64,000 bases of DNA from the human T2T-CHM13v2.0 reference genome, Homo sapiens. The translations under genes were made by a program, and so were the position numbers. Positions 40,301-54,500 of the stretch are shown here, piece after piece. Where the stretch lies: the NCBI RefSeq assembly GCF_009914755.1, contig NC_060944.1. The stretch is one strand, 5' to 3'. The notes under the pieces were generated by a model. That model saw only the letters and a list, made by a program, of their open reading frames with translations, was not told where the DNA came from and searched no databases. Each line of letters starts with the position of its first letter. Position 1 is the stretch's first letter.

Positions 40301-43300
40301 CAGATTTGAAACCCTCTTTTTGTAGAGTCTGCAAGTGCATATTTGGATAGCTTTGAGGATTTCATTGGAAACGGGAATATCTTCCCATAAAAACTAGAAA
40401 GAAGCATTCTCAGAAACTTCTTTGTGATGCTTGCATTCAACTCACTGAGTTGAATATTCCCTTTCATACAGCAGTTTTCAAACACTCTTTTTGTAGTATC
40501 TGGAAGTGGACCTTTGGAGCGCTTTGAGGCCTAGGGTGAAAAAGGAAATATCCTCACCTAAAAACTAGACAGAAGCATTCTCAGAAACTTCTTTGTGATG
40601 TGTGTAGTCAACTCACAGAGTTGAACCTTTCTTTTGATACAGCACTTTTGAAACACTCTTTTTGTAGAATCTGCAAGTGGTTATTTTGATAGCTTTGAGG
40701 CTTTGATTGGAAACGGGAATATCTTCACATAAAACTAGACAGAAGCATTCTCAGAAACTTCTTTATGAAGTTTGCATTCACCTCACAGAGTTGAACTTTC
40801 CATTCCATACAGCAGTTTTGAAACTCTCTTTTTGTAGAATCTGTAAGTGGAAACTTGGAGCGCTTCGAGGCCTATGGTGAAAAAGGGAATATCTTCCCAT
40901 AAAAAGTAGACAGAAGAATTCTCAGTAACTACTTTGTGATGTGTGTACTCAACTCACAGAGTTGAACTTTTCTTTTGAAAGAGAAGTTTTGAAACACGCT
41001 TTTTGTAGAATCTGCAAATGGGTATTTAGCCTGCTTTGAGGCCTTCATTGGAAACGGGACTATCTTCACATAAAACTAGACGGAAGCATTCTCAGAAACT
41101 TCGTTGTGATGTGTGCATTCAACTCCCAGAGTTGAACCTCTCTTTTGTTAGAGCAATTCTGAAGCAAACTTTTTGTGGTATCTGGAAGTGGACGTCTGGA
41201 GCGATTCGAGGCCTATGGTGAAAAAGGCAATATCTTCACCTAAAAACTAGACGGAAGCATTCTCAGAAACTGCTTTGTGATATGTGTAGTCAATTCACGG
41301 AGTTGAAACTTGGTTTTGATGCAGCAGTTTTGAAACACTCTTTTTGTTAGAATCTTCAAGTGGATATTTGGATAGCTTTGAGGCTTTCATTGGAAACGGG
41401 AATATCTACACATAAGAACTAGACAGAAGCATTCTCAGAAAGTTCTTTATGAAGTTCGCATTCAACTCACAGAGTTGTACCTTCCTTTTCACACAGCAGT
41501 TTTGAGACATTCTTTTTGTAGAATCTGCAAGTGGACATTTGGAGTGATTTGAGACTTAGGGTGAAAAAGGGATATCTTCCCATAAAAAGTTGACAGAAGC
41601 ATTCTCAGAAACGACTTTCTGATTTGTGTACTCAACTCACAGAGTTAAACCTTTCCTTTGATACAGCAGTTTGGAAACACTCTTCTTGTAGAATTTGCAA
41701 GCGGATATAAGGACAGCAGTGAGGAATTCATCGGAAACGGAATATCTTCACATAAAAGTAGACAGAAGCATTCTCAGAAAGTTCTTTGTAATGTGTGCAT
41801 TCAACTCACAGAGTTGAAACTTTCTTTTGATAGAGCAGATTGGAAGCCCTCTTTTTGTAGAATTTGCAAGTGGATATCTGGACAGCTTTGAGGCCTTCCC
41901 TGGAAACGAGTGTATCTTCACATAAACACTAGACAGAAGCATCCTCAGAAACTTGTTGGTGATGCTTGCATTCAACTCACAGAATTGAACATTTCTTTTC
42001 CTAGAGCAGTTTTGAAACACTCTTTTTGTAGTATCTGGAAGTGGACAGTTGGAGCACTTTGAGGCCTAGGGTGAAAAAGGAAATATCTTCACATAAAAAC
42101 TAGACAGAAGCATTCTCTGAAACTTCTTGGTTATGTGTGTACTCAACTCACAGAGTTGAACTTATCTTCTCATAGATCAGATTTGAAACCCTCTTTTTGT
42201 AGAGTCTGCAAGTGCATATTTGGATAGCTTTGAGGATTTCATTGGAAACGGGAATATCTTCCCATAAAAACTAGAAAGAAGCATTCTCAGAAACTTCTTT
42301 GTGATGCTTGCATTCAACTCACTGAGTTGAATATTCCCTTTCATACAGCAGTTTTCAAACACTCTTTTTGTAGTATCTGGAAGTGGACCTTTGGAGCGCT
42401 TTGAGGCCTAGGGTGAAAAAGGAAATATCCTCACCTAAAAACTAGACAGAAGCATTCTCAGAAACTTCTTTGTGATGTGTGTAGTCAACTCACAGAGTTG
42501 AACCTTTCTTTTGATACACCACTTTTGAAACACTCTTTTTGTAGAATCTGCAAGTGGTTATTTTGATAGCTTTGAGGCTTTGATTGGAAACGGGAATATC
42601 TTCACATAAAACTAGACAGAAGCATTCTCAGAAACTTCTTTATGAAGTTTGCATTCACCTCACAGAGTTGAACTTTCCATTCCATACAGCAGTTTTGAAA
42701 CTCTCTTTTTGTAGAATCTGTAAGTGGAAACTGGGAGCGCTTCGAGGCCTATGGTGAAAAAGGGAATATCTTCCCATAAAAAGTAGACAGAAGAATTCTC
42801 AGTAACTACTTTGTGATGTGTGTACTCAACTCACAGAGTTGAACTTTTCTTTTGAAAGAGAAGTTTTGAAACACTCTTTTTGTAGAATCTGCAAATGGGT
42901 ATTTAGCCTGCTTTGAGGCCTTCATTGGAAACGGGACTATCTTCACATAAAACTAGACAGAAGCATTCTCAGAAACTTCGTTGTGATGTGTGCATTCAAC
43001 TCCCAGAGTTGAACCTCTCTTTTGATAGAGCAATTCTGAAGCAATCTTTTTGTGGTATCTGGAAGTGGACGTCTGGAGCGATTCGAGGCCTATGGTGAAA
43101 AAGGCAATATCTTCACCTAAAAACTAGACGGAAGCCTTCTCAGAAACTGCTTTGTGATATGTATAATCAATTCACGGAGTTGAAACTTGGTTTTGATGCA
43201 GCAGTTTTGAAACACTCTTTTTGTTAGAATCTTCAAGTGGATATTTGGATAGCTTTGAGGCTTTCATTGGAAACGGGAATATCTACACATAAGAACTAGA

Positions 43301-45590
43301 CAGAAGCATTCTCAGAAAGTTCTTTATGAAGTTCGCATTCAACTCACAGAGTTGTACCTTCCTTTTCACACAGCAGTTTTGAGACATTCTTTTTGTAGAA
43401 TCTGCAAGTGGACATTTGGAGTGATTTGAGACTTAGGGTGAAAAAGGGATATCTTCCCATAAAAAGTTGACAGAAGCATTCTCAGAAACGACTTTCTGAT
43501 TTGTGTACTCAACTCACAGAGTTAAACCTTTCCTTTGATACAGCAGTTTGGAAACACTCTTCTTGTAGAATTTACAAGCGGATATAAGGACAGCAGTGAG
43601 GAACTCATCGGAAACGGAATATCTTCACATAAAAGTAGACAGAAGCATTCTCAGAAAGTTCTTTGTAATGTGTGCATTCAACTCACAGAGTTGAAACTTT
43701 CTTTTGATAGAGCAGATTGGAAGCCCTCTTTTTGTAGAATTTGCAAGTGGATATCTGGACAGCTTTGAGGCCTTCCCTGGAAACGAGTGTATCTTCACAT
43801 AAACACTAGACAGAAGCATCCTCAGAAACTTGTTGGTGATGCTTGCATTCAACTCACAGAATTGAACATTTCTTTTCCTAGAGCAGCTTTGAAACACTCT
43901 TTTTGTAGTATCTGGAAGTGGACAGTTGGAGCACTTTGAGGCCTAGGGTGAAAAAGGAAATATCTTCACATAAAAACTAGACAGAAGCATTCTCTGAAAC
44001 TTCTTGGTTATGTGTGTACTCAACTCACAGAGTTGAACTTATCTTCTCATAGATCAGATTTGAAACCCTCTTTTTGTAGAGTCTGCAAGTGCATATTTGG
44101 ATAGCTTTGAGGATTTCATTGGAAACGGGAATATCTTCCCATAAAAACTAGAAAGAAGCATTCTCAGAAACTTCTTTGTGATGCTTGCATTCAACTCACT
44201 GAGTTGAACATTCCCTTTCATACAGCAGTTTTCAAACACTCTTTTTGTAGTATCTGGAAGTGGACCTTTGGAGCACTTTGAGGCCTAGGGTGAAAAAGGA
44301 AATATCCTCACCTAAAAACTAGACAGAAGCATTCTCAGAAACTTCTTTGTGATGTGTGTAGTCAACTCACAGAGTTGAACCTTTCTTTTGATACAGCACT
44401 TTTGAAACACTCTTTTTGTAGAATCTGCAAGTGGTTATTTTGATAGCTTTGAGGCTTTGATTGGAAACGGGAATATCTTCACAGAAAAACTAGACAGAAG
44501 CATTCTCAGAAACTTCTTTATGAAGTTTGCATGCAACTCACAGAGTTGAACTTTCCGTTCCATACAGCAGTTTTGAAACTCTCTTTTTCTAGAATCTGTA
44601 AGTGGAAACTGGGAGCGCTTCGAGGCCTATGGTGAAAAAGGGAATATCTTCCCATAAAAAGTAGACAGAAGAATTCTCAGTAACTAGTTTGTGATGTGTG
44701 TACTCAACTCACAGAGTTGAACTTTTCTTTTGAAAGAGAAGTTTTGAAACACTCTTTTTGTAGAATCTGCAAATGGGTATTTAGCCTGCTTTGAGGCCTT
44801 CATTGGAAACGGGACTATCTTCACATAAAACTAGACAGAAGCATTCTCAGAAACTTCGTTGTGATGTGTGCATTCAACTCCCAGAGTTGAACCTCTCTTT
44901 TGATAGAGCAATTCTGAAGCAATCTTTTTGTGGTATCTGGAAGTGGACGTCTGGAGCGATTCGAGGCCTATGGTGAAAAAGGCAATATCTTCACCTAAAA
45001 ATTAGACGGAAGCATTCTCAGAAACTGCTTTGTGATATGTGTAGTCAATTCACGGAGTTGAAACTTGGTTTTGATGCAGCAGTTTTGAAACACTCTTTTT
45101 GTTAGAATCTTCAAGTGGATATTTGGATAGCTTTGAGGCTTTCATTGGAAACGGGAATATCTACACATAAGAACTAGACAGAAGCATTCTCAGAAAGTTC
45201 TTTATGAAGTTCGCATTCAACTCACAGAGTTGTACCTTCCTTTTCACACAGCAGTTTTGAGACATTCTTTTTGTAGAATCTGCAAGTGGACATTTGGAGT
45301 GATTTGAGACTTAGGGTGAAAAAGGGATATCTTCCCATAAAAAGTTGACAGAAGCATTCTCAGAAACGACTTTCTGATTTGTGTACTCAACTCACAGAGT
45401 TAAACCTTTCCTTTGATACAGCAGTTTGGAAACACTCTTCTTGTAGAATTTACAAGCGGATATAAGGACAGCAGTGAGGAACTCATCGGAAACGGAATAT
45501 CTTCACATAAAAGTAGACAGAAGCATTCTCAGAAAGTTCTTTGTAATGTGTGCATTCAACTCACAGAGTTGAAACTTTCTTTTGATAGAG
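34330..45590 (+). repeat. Tandem duplication of a 3-HOR block (5632 bp): ~34330-39960 and ~39960-45590
   Basis: Paired rare variants at +5632: ACACGCT (35366/40998), ATACACCAC (~36887/42519), AGCCTTCTC plus TAATCAATT (~37504/43136), GCAGCTTT (~38255/43887), GAGCACTTT (~38643/44275). Boundaries are approximate. Confidence 0.85.
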
Positions 45591-48500
45591 CAGATTGGAA
45601 GCCCTCTTTTTGTAGAATTTGCAAGTGGATATCTGGACAGCTTTGAGGCCTTCCCTGGAAACGAGTGTATCTTCACATAAACACTAGACAGAAGCATCCT
45701 CAGAAACTTGTTGGTGATGCTTGCATTCAACTCACAGAATTGAACATTTCTTTTCCTAGAGCAGCTTTGAAACACTCTTTTTGTAGTATCTGGAAGTGGA
45801 CAGTTGGAGCACTTTGAGGCCTAGGGTGAAAAAGGAAATATCTTCACATAAAAACTAGACAGAAGCATTCTCTGAAACTTCTTGGTTATGTGTGTACTCA
45901 ACTCACAGAGTTGAACTTATCTTCTCATAGATCAGATTTGAAACCCTCTTTTTGTAGAGTCTGCAAGTGCATATTTGGATAGCTTTGAGGATTTCATTGG
46001 AAACGGGAATATCTTCCCATAAAAACTAGAAAGAAGCATTCTCAGAAACTTCTTTGTGATGCTTGCATTCAACTCACTGAGTTGAACATTCCCTTTCATA
46101 CAGCAGTTTTGAAACACTCTTTTTGTAGTATCTGGAAGTGGACCTTTGGAGCGCTTTGAGGCCTAGGGTGAAAAAGGAAATATCCTCACCTAAAAACTAG
46201 ACAGAAGCATTCTCAGAAACTTCTTTGTGATGTGTGTAGTCAACTCACAGAGTTGAACCTTTCTTTTGATACAGCACTTTTGAAACACTCTTTTTGTAGA
46301 ATCTGCAAGTGGTTATTTTGATAGCTTTGAGGCTTTGATTGGAAACGGGAATATCTTCACAGAAAAACTAGACAGAAGCATTCTCAGAAACTTCTTTATG
46401 AAGTTTGCATGCAACTCACAGAGTTGAACTTTCCGTTCCATACAGCAGTTTTGAAACTCTCTTTTTCTAGAATCTGTAAGTGGAAACTGGGAGCGCTTCG
46501 AGGCCTATGGTGAAAAAGGGAATATCTTCCCATAAAAAGTAGACAGAAGAATTCTCAGTAACTACTTTGTGATGTGTGTACTCAACTCACAGAGTTGAAC
46601 TTTGCTTTTGAAAGAGAAGTTTTGAAACACTCTTTTTGTAGAATCTGCAAATGGGTATTTAGCCTGCTTTGAGGCCTTCATTGGAAACGGGAATATCTTC
46701 ACATAAAACTAGACAGAAGCATTCTCAGAAACTTCGTTGTGATGTGTGCATTCAACTCCCAGAGTTGAAGCTCTCTTTTGATAGAGCAGTTCTGAAACAA
46801 TCTTTTTGTGGTATCTGGAAGTGGACGTCTGGAGCGATTCGAGGCCTATGGTGAAAAAGGCAATATCTTCACCTAAAAATTAGACAGAAGCATTCTCAGA
46901 AACTGCTTTGTGATATGTGTAGTCAACTCACAGATTTGAAACGTGGTTTTGATGCAGCAGTTTTGAAACACTCTTTTTGTTAGAATCTTCAAGTGGATAT
47001 TTGGATAGCTTTGAGGCTTTCATTGGAAACGGGAATATCTACACATAAGAACTAGACAGAAGCATTCTCAGAAAGTTCTTTATGAAGTTCGCATTCAACT
47101 CACAGAGTTGTACCTTCCTTTTCACACAGCAGTTTTGAGACATTCTTTTTGTAGAATCTGCAAGTGGACATTTGGAGTGATTTGAGACTTAGGGTGAAAA
47201 AGGGATATCTTCCCATAAAAAGTTGACAGAAGCATTCTCAGAAACGACTTTCTGATTTGTGTACTCAACTCACAGAGTTAAACCTTTCCTTTGATACAGC
47301 AGTTTGGAAATACTCTTCTTGTAGAATTTACAAGCGGATATAAGGACAGCAGTGAGGAATTCATCGGAAACGGAATATCTTCACATAAAAGTAGACAGAA
47401 GCATTCTCAGAAAGTTCTTTGTAATGTGTGCATTCAACTCACAGAGTTGAAACTTTCTTTTGATAGAGCAGATTGGAAGCCCTCTTTTTGTAGAATTTGC
47501 AAGTGGATATCTGGACAGCTTTGAGGCCTTCCCTGGAAACGAGTGTATCTTCACATAAACACTAGACAGAAGCATCCTCAGAAACTTGTTGGTGATGCTT
47601 GCATTCAACTCACAGAATTGAACATTTCTTTTCCTAGAGCAGTTTTGAAACACTCTTTTTGTAGTATCTGGAAGTGGACAGTTGGAGCACTTTGAGGCCT
47701 AGGGTGAAAAAGGAAATATCTTCACATAAAAACTAGACAGAAGCATTCTCTGAAACTTCTTGGTTATGTGTGTACTCAACTCACAGAGTTGAACTTATCT
47801 TCTCATAGATCAGATTTGAAACCCTCTTTTTGTAGAGTCTGCAAGTGCATATTTGGATAGCTTTGAGGATTTCATTGGAAACGGGAATATCTTCCCATAA
47901 AAACTAGAAAGAAGCATTCTCAGAAACTTCTTTGTGATGCTTGCATTCAACTCACTGAGTTGAACATTCCCTTTCATACAGCAGTTTTGAAACACTCTTT
48001 TTGTAGTATCTGGAAGTGGACCTTTGGAGCGCTTTGAGGCCTAGGGTGAAAAAGGAAATATCCTCACCTAAAAACTAGACAGAAGCATTCTCAGAAACTT
48101 CTATGTGATGTGTGTAGTCAACTCACAGAGTTGAACCTTTCTTTTGATACAGCACTTTTGAAACACTCTTTTTGTAGAATCTGCAAGTGGTTATTTTGAT
48201 AGCTTTGAGGCTTTGATTGGAAACGGGAATATCTTCACAGAAAAACTAGACAGAAGCATTCTCAGAAACTTCTTTATGAAGTTTGCATGCAACTCACAGA
48301 GTTGAACTTTCCGTTCCATACAGCAGTTTTGAAACTCTCTTTTTCTAGAATCTGTAAGTGGAAACTGGGAGCGCTTCGAGGCCTATGGTGAAAAAGGGAA
48401 TATCTTCCCATAAAAAGTAGACAGAAGAATTCTCAGTAACTACTTTGTGATGTGTGTACTCAACTCACAGAGTTGAACTTTGCTTTTGAAAGAGAAGTTT

Positions 48501-51500
48501 TGAAACACTCTTTTTGTAGAATCTGCAAATGGGTATTTAGCCTGCTTTGAGGCCTTCATTGGAAACGGGAATATCTTCACATAAAACTAGACAGAAGCAT
48601 TCTCAGAAACTTCGTTGTGATGTGTGCATTCAACTCCCAGAGTTGAAGCTCTCTTTTGATAGAGCAGTTCTGAAACAATCTTTTTGTGGTATCTGGAAGT
48701 GGACGTTTGGAGCGATTCGAGGCCTATGGTGAAAAAGGCAATATCTTCACCTAAAAATTAGACAGAAGCATTCTCAGAAACTGCTTTGTGATATGTGTAG
48801 TCAACTCACAGATTTGAAACGTGGTTTTGATGCAGCAGTTTGGAAACACTCTTTTTGTTAGAATCTTCAAGTGGATATTTGGATAGCTTTGAGGCTTTCA
48901 TTGGAAACGGGAATATCTACACATAAGAACTAGACAGAAGCATTCTCAGAAAGTTCTTTATGAAGTTCGCATTCAACTCACAGAGTTGTACCTTCCTTTT
49001 CACACAGCAGTTTTGAGACATTCTTTTTGTAGAATCTGCAAGTGGACATTTGGAGTGATTTGAGACTTAGGGTGAAAAAGGGATATCTTCCCATAAAAAG
49101 TTGACAGAAGCATTCTCAGAAACGACTTTCTGATTTGTGTACTCAACTCACAGAGTTAAACCTTTCCTTTGATACAGCAGTTTGGAAACACTCTTCTTGT
49201 AGAATTTACAAGCGGATATAAGGACAGCAGTGAGGAATTCATCGGAAACGGAATATCTTCACATAAAAGTAGACAGAAGCATTCTCAGAAAGTTCTTTGT
49301 AATGTGTGCATTCAACTCACAGAGTTGAAACTTTCTTTTGATAGAGCAGATTGGAAGCCCTCTTTTTGTAGAATTTGCAAGTGGATATCTGGACAGCTTT
49401 GAGGCCTTCCCTGGAAACGAGTGTATCTTCACATAAACACTAGACAGAAGCATCCTCAGAAACTTGTTGGTGATGCTTGCATTCAACTCACAGAATTGAA
49501 CATTTCTTTTCCTAGAGCAGTTTTGAAACACTCTTTTTGTAGTATCTGGAAGTGGACAGTTGGAGCACTTTGAGGCCTAGGGTGAAAAAGGAAATATCTT
49601 CACATAAAAACTAGACAGAAGCATTCTCTGAAACTTCTTGGTTATGTGTGTACTCAACTCACAGAGTTGAACTTATCTTCTCATAGATCAGATTTGAAAC
49701 CCTCTTTTTGTAGAGTCTGCAAGTGCATATATGGATAGCTTTGAGGATTTCATTGGAAACGGGAATATCTTCCCATAAAAACTAGAAAGAAGCATTCTCA
49801 GAAACTTCTTTGTGATGCTTGCATTCAACTCACTGAGTTGAACATTCCCTTTCATACAGCAGTTTTCAAACACTCTTTTTGTAGTATCTGGAAGTGGACC
49901 TTTGGAGTGCTTTGAGGCCTAGGGTGAAAAAGGAAATATCCTCACCTAAAAACTAGACAGAAGCATTCTCAGAAACTTCTTTGTGATGTGTGTAGTCAAC
50001 TCACAGAGTTGAACCTTTCTTTTGATACAGCACTTTTGAAACACTCTTTTCGTAGAATCTGCAAGTGGTTATTTGGATAGCTTTGAGGCTTTGATTGGAA
50101 ACGGGAATATCTTCACAGAAAAACTAGACAGAAGCATTCTCAGAAACTTCTATATGAAGTTTGCATTCAACTCACAGAGTTGAAGTTTCCGTTCCATACA
50201 GCAGTTTTGAAACTCTCTTTTTCTAGAATCTGTAAGTGGAAACTTGGAGCGCTTCGAGGCCTATGGTGAAAAAGGGAATATCTTCCCATAAAAAGTAGAC
50301 AGGAGAATGCTCAGTAACTACTTTGTGATGTGTGTACTCAACTCACAGGGTTGAACTTTTCTTTTGAAAGAGAAGTTTTGAAACACTCTTTTTGTAGAAT
50401 CTGCAAATGGGTATTTAGCCTGCTTTGAGGCCTTCATTGGAAACGGGAATATCTTCACATAAAACTAGACAGAAGCATTCTCAGAAACTTCGTTGTGATG
50501 TGTGCATTCAACTCCCAGAGTTGAAGCTCTCTTTTGATAGAGCAGTTCTGAAACAATCTTTTTGTGGTATCTGAAAGTGGACGTTTGGAGCGATTCGAGG
50601 CCTATGGTGAAAAAGGCAATATCTTCACCTAAAAATTCGACAGAAGCATTCTCAGAAACTGCTTTGTGATATGTGTAGTCAACTCACAGATTTGAAACTT
50701 GGTTTTGATGCAGCAGTTTTGAAACACTCTTTTTGTTAGAATCTTCAAGTGGATATTTGGATAGCTTTGAGGCTTTCATTGGAAACGGGAATATCTACAC
50801 ATAAGAACTAGACAGAAGCATTCTCAGAAAGTTCTTTATGAAGTTCGCATTCAACTCACAGAGTTGTACCTTCCTTTTCACACAGCAGTTTTGAGACATT
50901 CTTTTTGTAGAATCTGCAAGTGGACATTTGGAGTGATTTGAGACTTAGGGTGAAAAAGGGATATCTTCCCATAAAAAGTTGACAGAAGCATTCTCAGAAA
51001 CGACTTTCTGATTTGTGTACTCAACTCACAGAGTTAAACCTTTCCTTTGATACAGCAGTTTGGAAACACTCTTCTTGCAGAATTTGCAAGCGGATATAAG
51101 GACAGCAGTGTGGAATTCATCGGAAACGGAATATCTTCACATAAAAGTAGACAGAAGCATTCTCAGAAAGTTCTTTGTAATGTGTGCATTCAACTCACAG
51201 AGTTGAAACTTTCTTTTGATAGAGCAGATTGGAAGCCCTCTTTTTGTAGAATTTGCAAGTGGATATCTGGACTGCTTTGAGGCCTTCCCTGGAAACAAGT
51301 GTATCTTCACATAAACACTAGACAGAAGCATCCTCAGAAACTTGTTGGTGATGCTTGCATTCAACTCACAGAATTGAACATTTCTTTTCCTAGAGCAGTT
51401 TTGAAACACTCTTTTTGTAGTATCTGGAAGTGGACAGTTGGAGCACTTTGAGGCCTAGGGTGAAAAAGGAAATATCTTCACATAAAAACTAGACAGAAGC

Positions 51501-54500
51501 ATTCTCTGAAACTTCTTGGTTATGTGTGTACTCAACTCACAGAGTTGAACTTATCTTCTCATAGATCAGATTTGAAACCCTCTTTTTGTAGAGTCTGCAA
51601 GTGCATATTTGGATAGCTTTGAGGATTTCATTGGAAACGGGAATATCTTCCCATAAAAACTAGAAAGAAGCATTCTCAGAAACTTCTTTGTGATGCTTGC
51701 ATTCAACTCACTGAGTTGAACATTCCCTTTCATACAGCAGTTTTGAAACACTCTTTTTGTAGTATCTGGAAGTGGACCTTTGGAGCGCTTTGAGGCCTAG
51801 GGTGAAAAAGGAAATATCCTCACCTAAAAACTAGACAGAAGCATTCTCAGAAACTTCTTTGTGATGTGTGTAGTCAACTCACAGAGTTGAACCTTTCTTT
51901 TGATACAGCACTTTTGAAACACTCTTTTTGTAGAATCTGCAAGTGGTTATTTTGATAGCTTTGAGGCTTTGATTGGAAACGGGAATATCTTCACAGAAAA
52001 ACTAGACAGAAGCATTCTCAGAAACTTCTTTATGAAGTTTGCATGCAACTCACAGAGTTGAACTTTCCGTTCCATACAGCAGTTTTGAAACTCTCTTTTT
52101 CTAGAATCTGTAAGTGGAAACTGGGAGCGCTTCGAGGCCTATGGTGAAAAAGGGAATATCTTCCCATAAAAAGTAGACAGAAGAATTCTCAGTAACTACT
52201 TTGTGATGTGTGTACTCAACTCACAGAGTTGAACTTTGCTTTTGAAAGAGAAGATTTGAAACACTCTTTTTGTAGAATCTGCAAATGGGTATTTAGCCTG
52301 CTTTGAGGCCTTCATTGGAAACGGGAATATCTTCACATAAAACTAGACAGAAGCATTCTCAGAAACTTCGTTGTGATGTGTGCATTCAACTCCCAGAGTT
52401 GAAGCTCTCTTTTGATAGAGCAGTTCTGAAACAATCTTTTTGTGGTATCTGGAAGTGGACGTCTGGAGCGATTCGAGGCCTATGGTGAAAAAGGCAATAT
52501 CTTCACCTAAAAATTAGACAGAAGCATTCTCAGAAACTGCTTTGTGATATGTGTAGTCAACTCACAGATTTGAAACGTGGTTTTGATGCAGCAGTTTTGA
52601 AACACTCTTTTTGTTAGAATCTTCAAGTGGATATTTGGATAGCTTTGAGGCTTTCATTGGAAACGGGAATATCTACACATAAGAACTAGACAGAAGCATT
52701 CTCAGAAAGTTCTTTATGAAGTTCGCATTCAACTCACAGAGTTGTACCTTCCTTTTCACACAGCAGTTTTGAGACATTCTTTTTGTAGAATCTGCAAGTG
52801 GACATTTGGAGTGATTTGAGACTTAGGGTGAAAAAGGGATATCTTCCCATAAAAAGTTGACAGAAGCATTCTCAGAAACGACTTTCTGATTTGTGTACTC
52901 AACTCACAGAGTTAAACCTTTCCTTTGATACAGCAGTTTGGAAACACTCTTCTTGTAGAATTTACAAGCGGATATAAGGACAGCAGTGAGGAACTCATCG
53001 GAAACGGAATATCTTCACATAAAAGTAGACAGAAGCATTCTCAGAAAGTTCTTTGTAATGTGTGCATTCAACTCACAGAGTTGAAACTTTCTTTTGATAG
53101 AGCAGATTGGAAGCCCTCTTTTTGTAGAATTTGCAAGTGGATATCTGGACAGCTTTGAGGCCTTCCCTGGAAACGAGTGTATCTTCACATAAACACTAGA
53201 CAGAAGCATCCTCAGAAACTTGTTGGTGATGCTTGCATTCAACTCACAGAATTGAACATTTCTTTTCCTAGAGCAGTTTTGAAACACTCTTTTTGTAGTA
53301 TCTGGAAGTGGACAGTTGGAGCACTTTGAGGCCTAGGGTGAAAAAGGAAATATCTTCACATAAAAACTAGACAGAAGCATTCTCTGAAACTTCTTGGTTA
53401 TGTGTGTACTCAACTCACAGAGTTGAACTTATCTTCTCATAGATCAGATTTGAAACCCTCTTTTTGTAGAGTCTGCAAGTGCATATATGGATAGCTTTGA
53501 GGATTTCATTGGAAACGGGAATATCTTCCCATAAAAACTAGAAAGAAGCATTCTCAGAAACTTCTTTGTGATGCTTGCATTCAACTCACTGAGTTGAACA
53601 TTCCCTTTCATACAGCAGTTTTCAAACACTCTTTTTGTAGTATCTGGAAGTGGACCTTTGGAGTGCTTTGAGGCCTAGGGTGAAAAAGGAAATATCCTCA
53701 CCTAAAAACTAGACAGAAGCATTCTCAGAAACTTCTTTGTGATGTGTGTAGTCAACTCACAGAGTTGAACCTTTCTTTTGATACAGCACTTTTGAAACAC
53801 TCTTTTCGTAGAATCTGCAAGTGGTTATTTGGATAGCTTTGAGGCTTTGATTGGAAACGGGAATATCTTCACAGAAAAACTAGACAGAAGCATTCTCAGA
53901 AACTTCTATATGAAGTTTGCATTCAACTCACAGAGTTGAAGTTTCCGTTCCATACAGCAGTTTTGAAACTCTCTTTTTCTAGAATCTGTAAGTGGAAACT
54001 TGGAGCGCTTCGAGGCCTATGGTGAAAAAGGGAATATCTTCCCATAAAAAGTAGACAGGAGAATGCTCAGTAACTACTTTGTGATGTGTGTACTCAACTC
54101 ACAGGGTTGAACTTTTCTTTTGAAAGAGAAGTTTTGAAACACTCTTTTTGTAGAATCTGCAAATGGGTATTTAGCCTGCTTTGAGGCCTTCATTGGAAAC
54201 GGGAATATCTTCACATAAAACTAGACAGAAGCATTCTCAGAAACTTCGTTGTGATGTGTGCATTCAACTCCCAGAGTTGAAGCTCTCTTTTGATAGAGCA
54301 GTTCTGAAACAATCTTTTTGTGGTATCTGAAAGTGGACGTTTGGAGCGATTCGACGCCTATGGTGAAAAAGGCAATATCTTCACCTAAAAATTCGACAGA
54401 AGCATTCTCAGAAACTGCTTTGTGATATGTGTAGTCAACTCACAGATTTGAAACTTGGTTTTGATGCAGCAGTTTTGAAACACTCTTTTTGTTAGAATCT

